DNA from: Arcticibacter sp.
Lineage (GTDB): Bacteria > Bacteroidota > Bacteroidia > 2-12-FULL-35-15
Assembly: GCA_021155045.1 (NCBI GenBank)
Contig: JAJNQB010000019.1
Span: forward strand, 198,814 to 262,813
Direction: 5' to 3'
DNA: 64,000 nucleotides
This document shows positions 63,955-64,000 of the stretch, piece by piece; position 1 is the stretch's first letter, and the number at the start of each line of letters is the position of its first letter. The notes under the pieces were generated by a model, which searched no databases, was not told the origin of the DNA, and saw nothing but the letters and a program-made list of their open reading frames with translations. Both the position numbers and the translations under genes were made by a program.

Positions 63955-64000
63955 ATGAAAAAAAATCGACCATTATTTTGGTTTTATATTTTAGTAGCGT
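63955..64000 (+). CDS. Possible start of a CDS running off the window (MKKNRPLFWFYILVA...)
   Basis: An ATG at 63955 followed by 15 open codons that look like a signal or TM segment. Too short to judge. Confidence 0.2.
   Translation, partial: MKKNRPLFWFYILVA

Overview
This is an AT-rich Bacteroidota chromosome segment, probably Flavobacteriales-like. Support for that: adjacent gldD-gldE, many proteins ending in T9SS C-terminal sorting domains, TAnnTTTG -7 promoter boxes, and the panC / half-size glgA-like / DUF4270 / glmS gene order. I count about 67 protein-coding genes. I found no rRNA, tRNA, CRISPR array, transposase or integrase. 1-40 kb is mostly housekeeping: panC, glmS, dnaG, asnS, two ssb paralogs, a cytochrome oxidase accessory/assembly cluster (ctaB, two subunit III genes, a subunit IV-like gene, SCO, DUF420, ctaA), an ECF sigma/anti-sigma pair, gldDE, ubiX, ispD, rlmN, a polyprenyl synthase, feoAB and manC. 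The accessory part is 40.6-59.4 kb. (a) A copper-themed island runs 40.6-57.1 kb. It contains two plus-strand genes (a T9SS thioredoxin-fold protein and a beta-barrel with a CC motif) followed by about 14.7 kb of co-directional minus-strand genes: an ArsR regulator, an RND pump of CusA type encoded as two ORFs joined by TAATG, TolC, two tandem adaptors, a HYC_CC_PP-like Cys protein, a porin-like protein, a cytochrome c lipoprotein, a TonB-dependent receptor, a T9SS protein, a T9SS multicopper oxidase and an exported HMA protein. The pump/TolC/adaptor block looks clearly more GC-rich than its surroundings on spot counts. (b) A junction with a truncated XRE gene remnant is followed by a tightly packed three-gene cassette of unknown function (57.7-58.9 kb) and an orphan small membrane protein. 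The window ends with a trans-sulfuration enzyme, an SDR and an M43/T9SS protease. All calls come from reading the ORF translations and the DNA. No database search was run.
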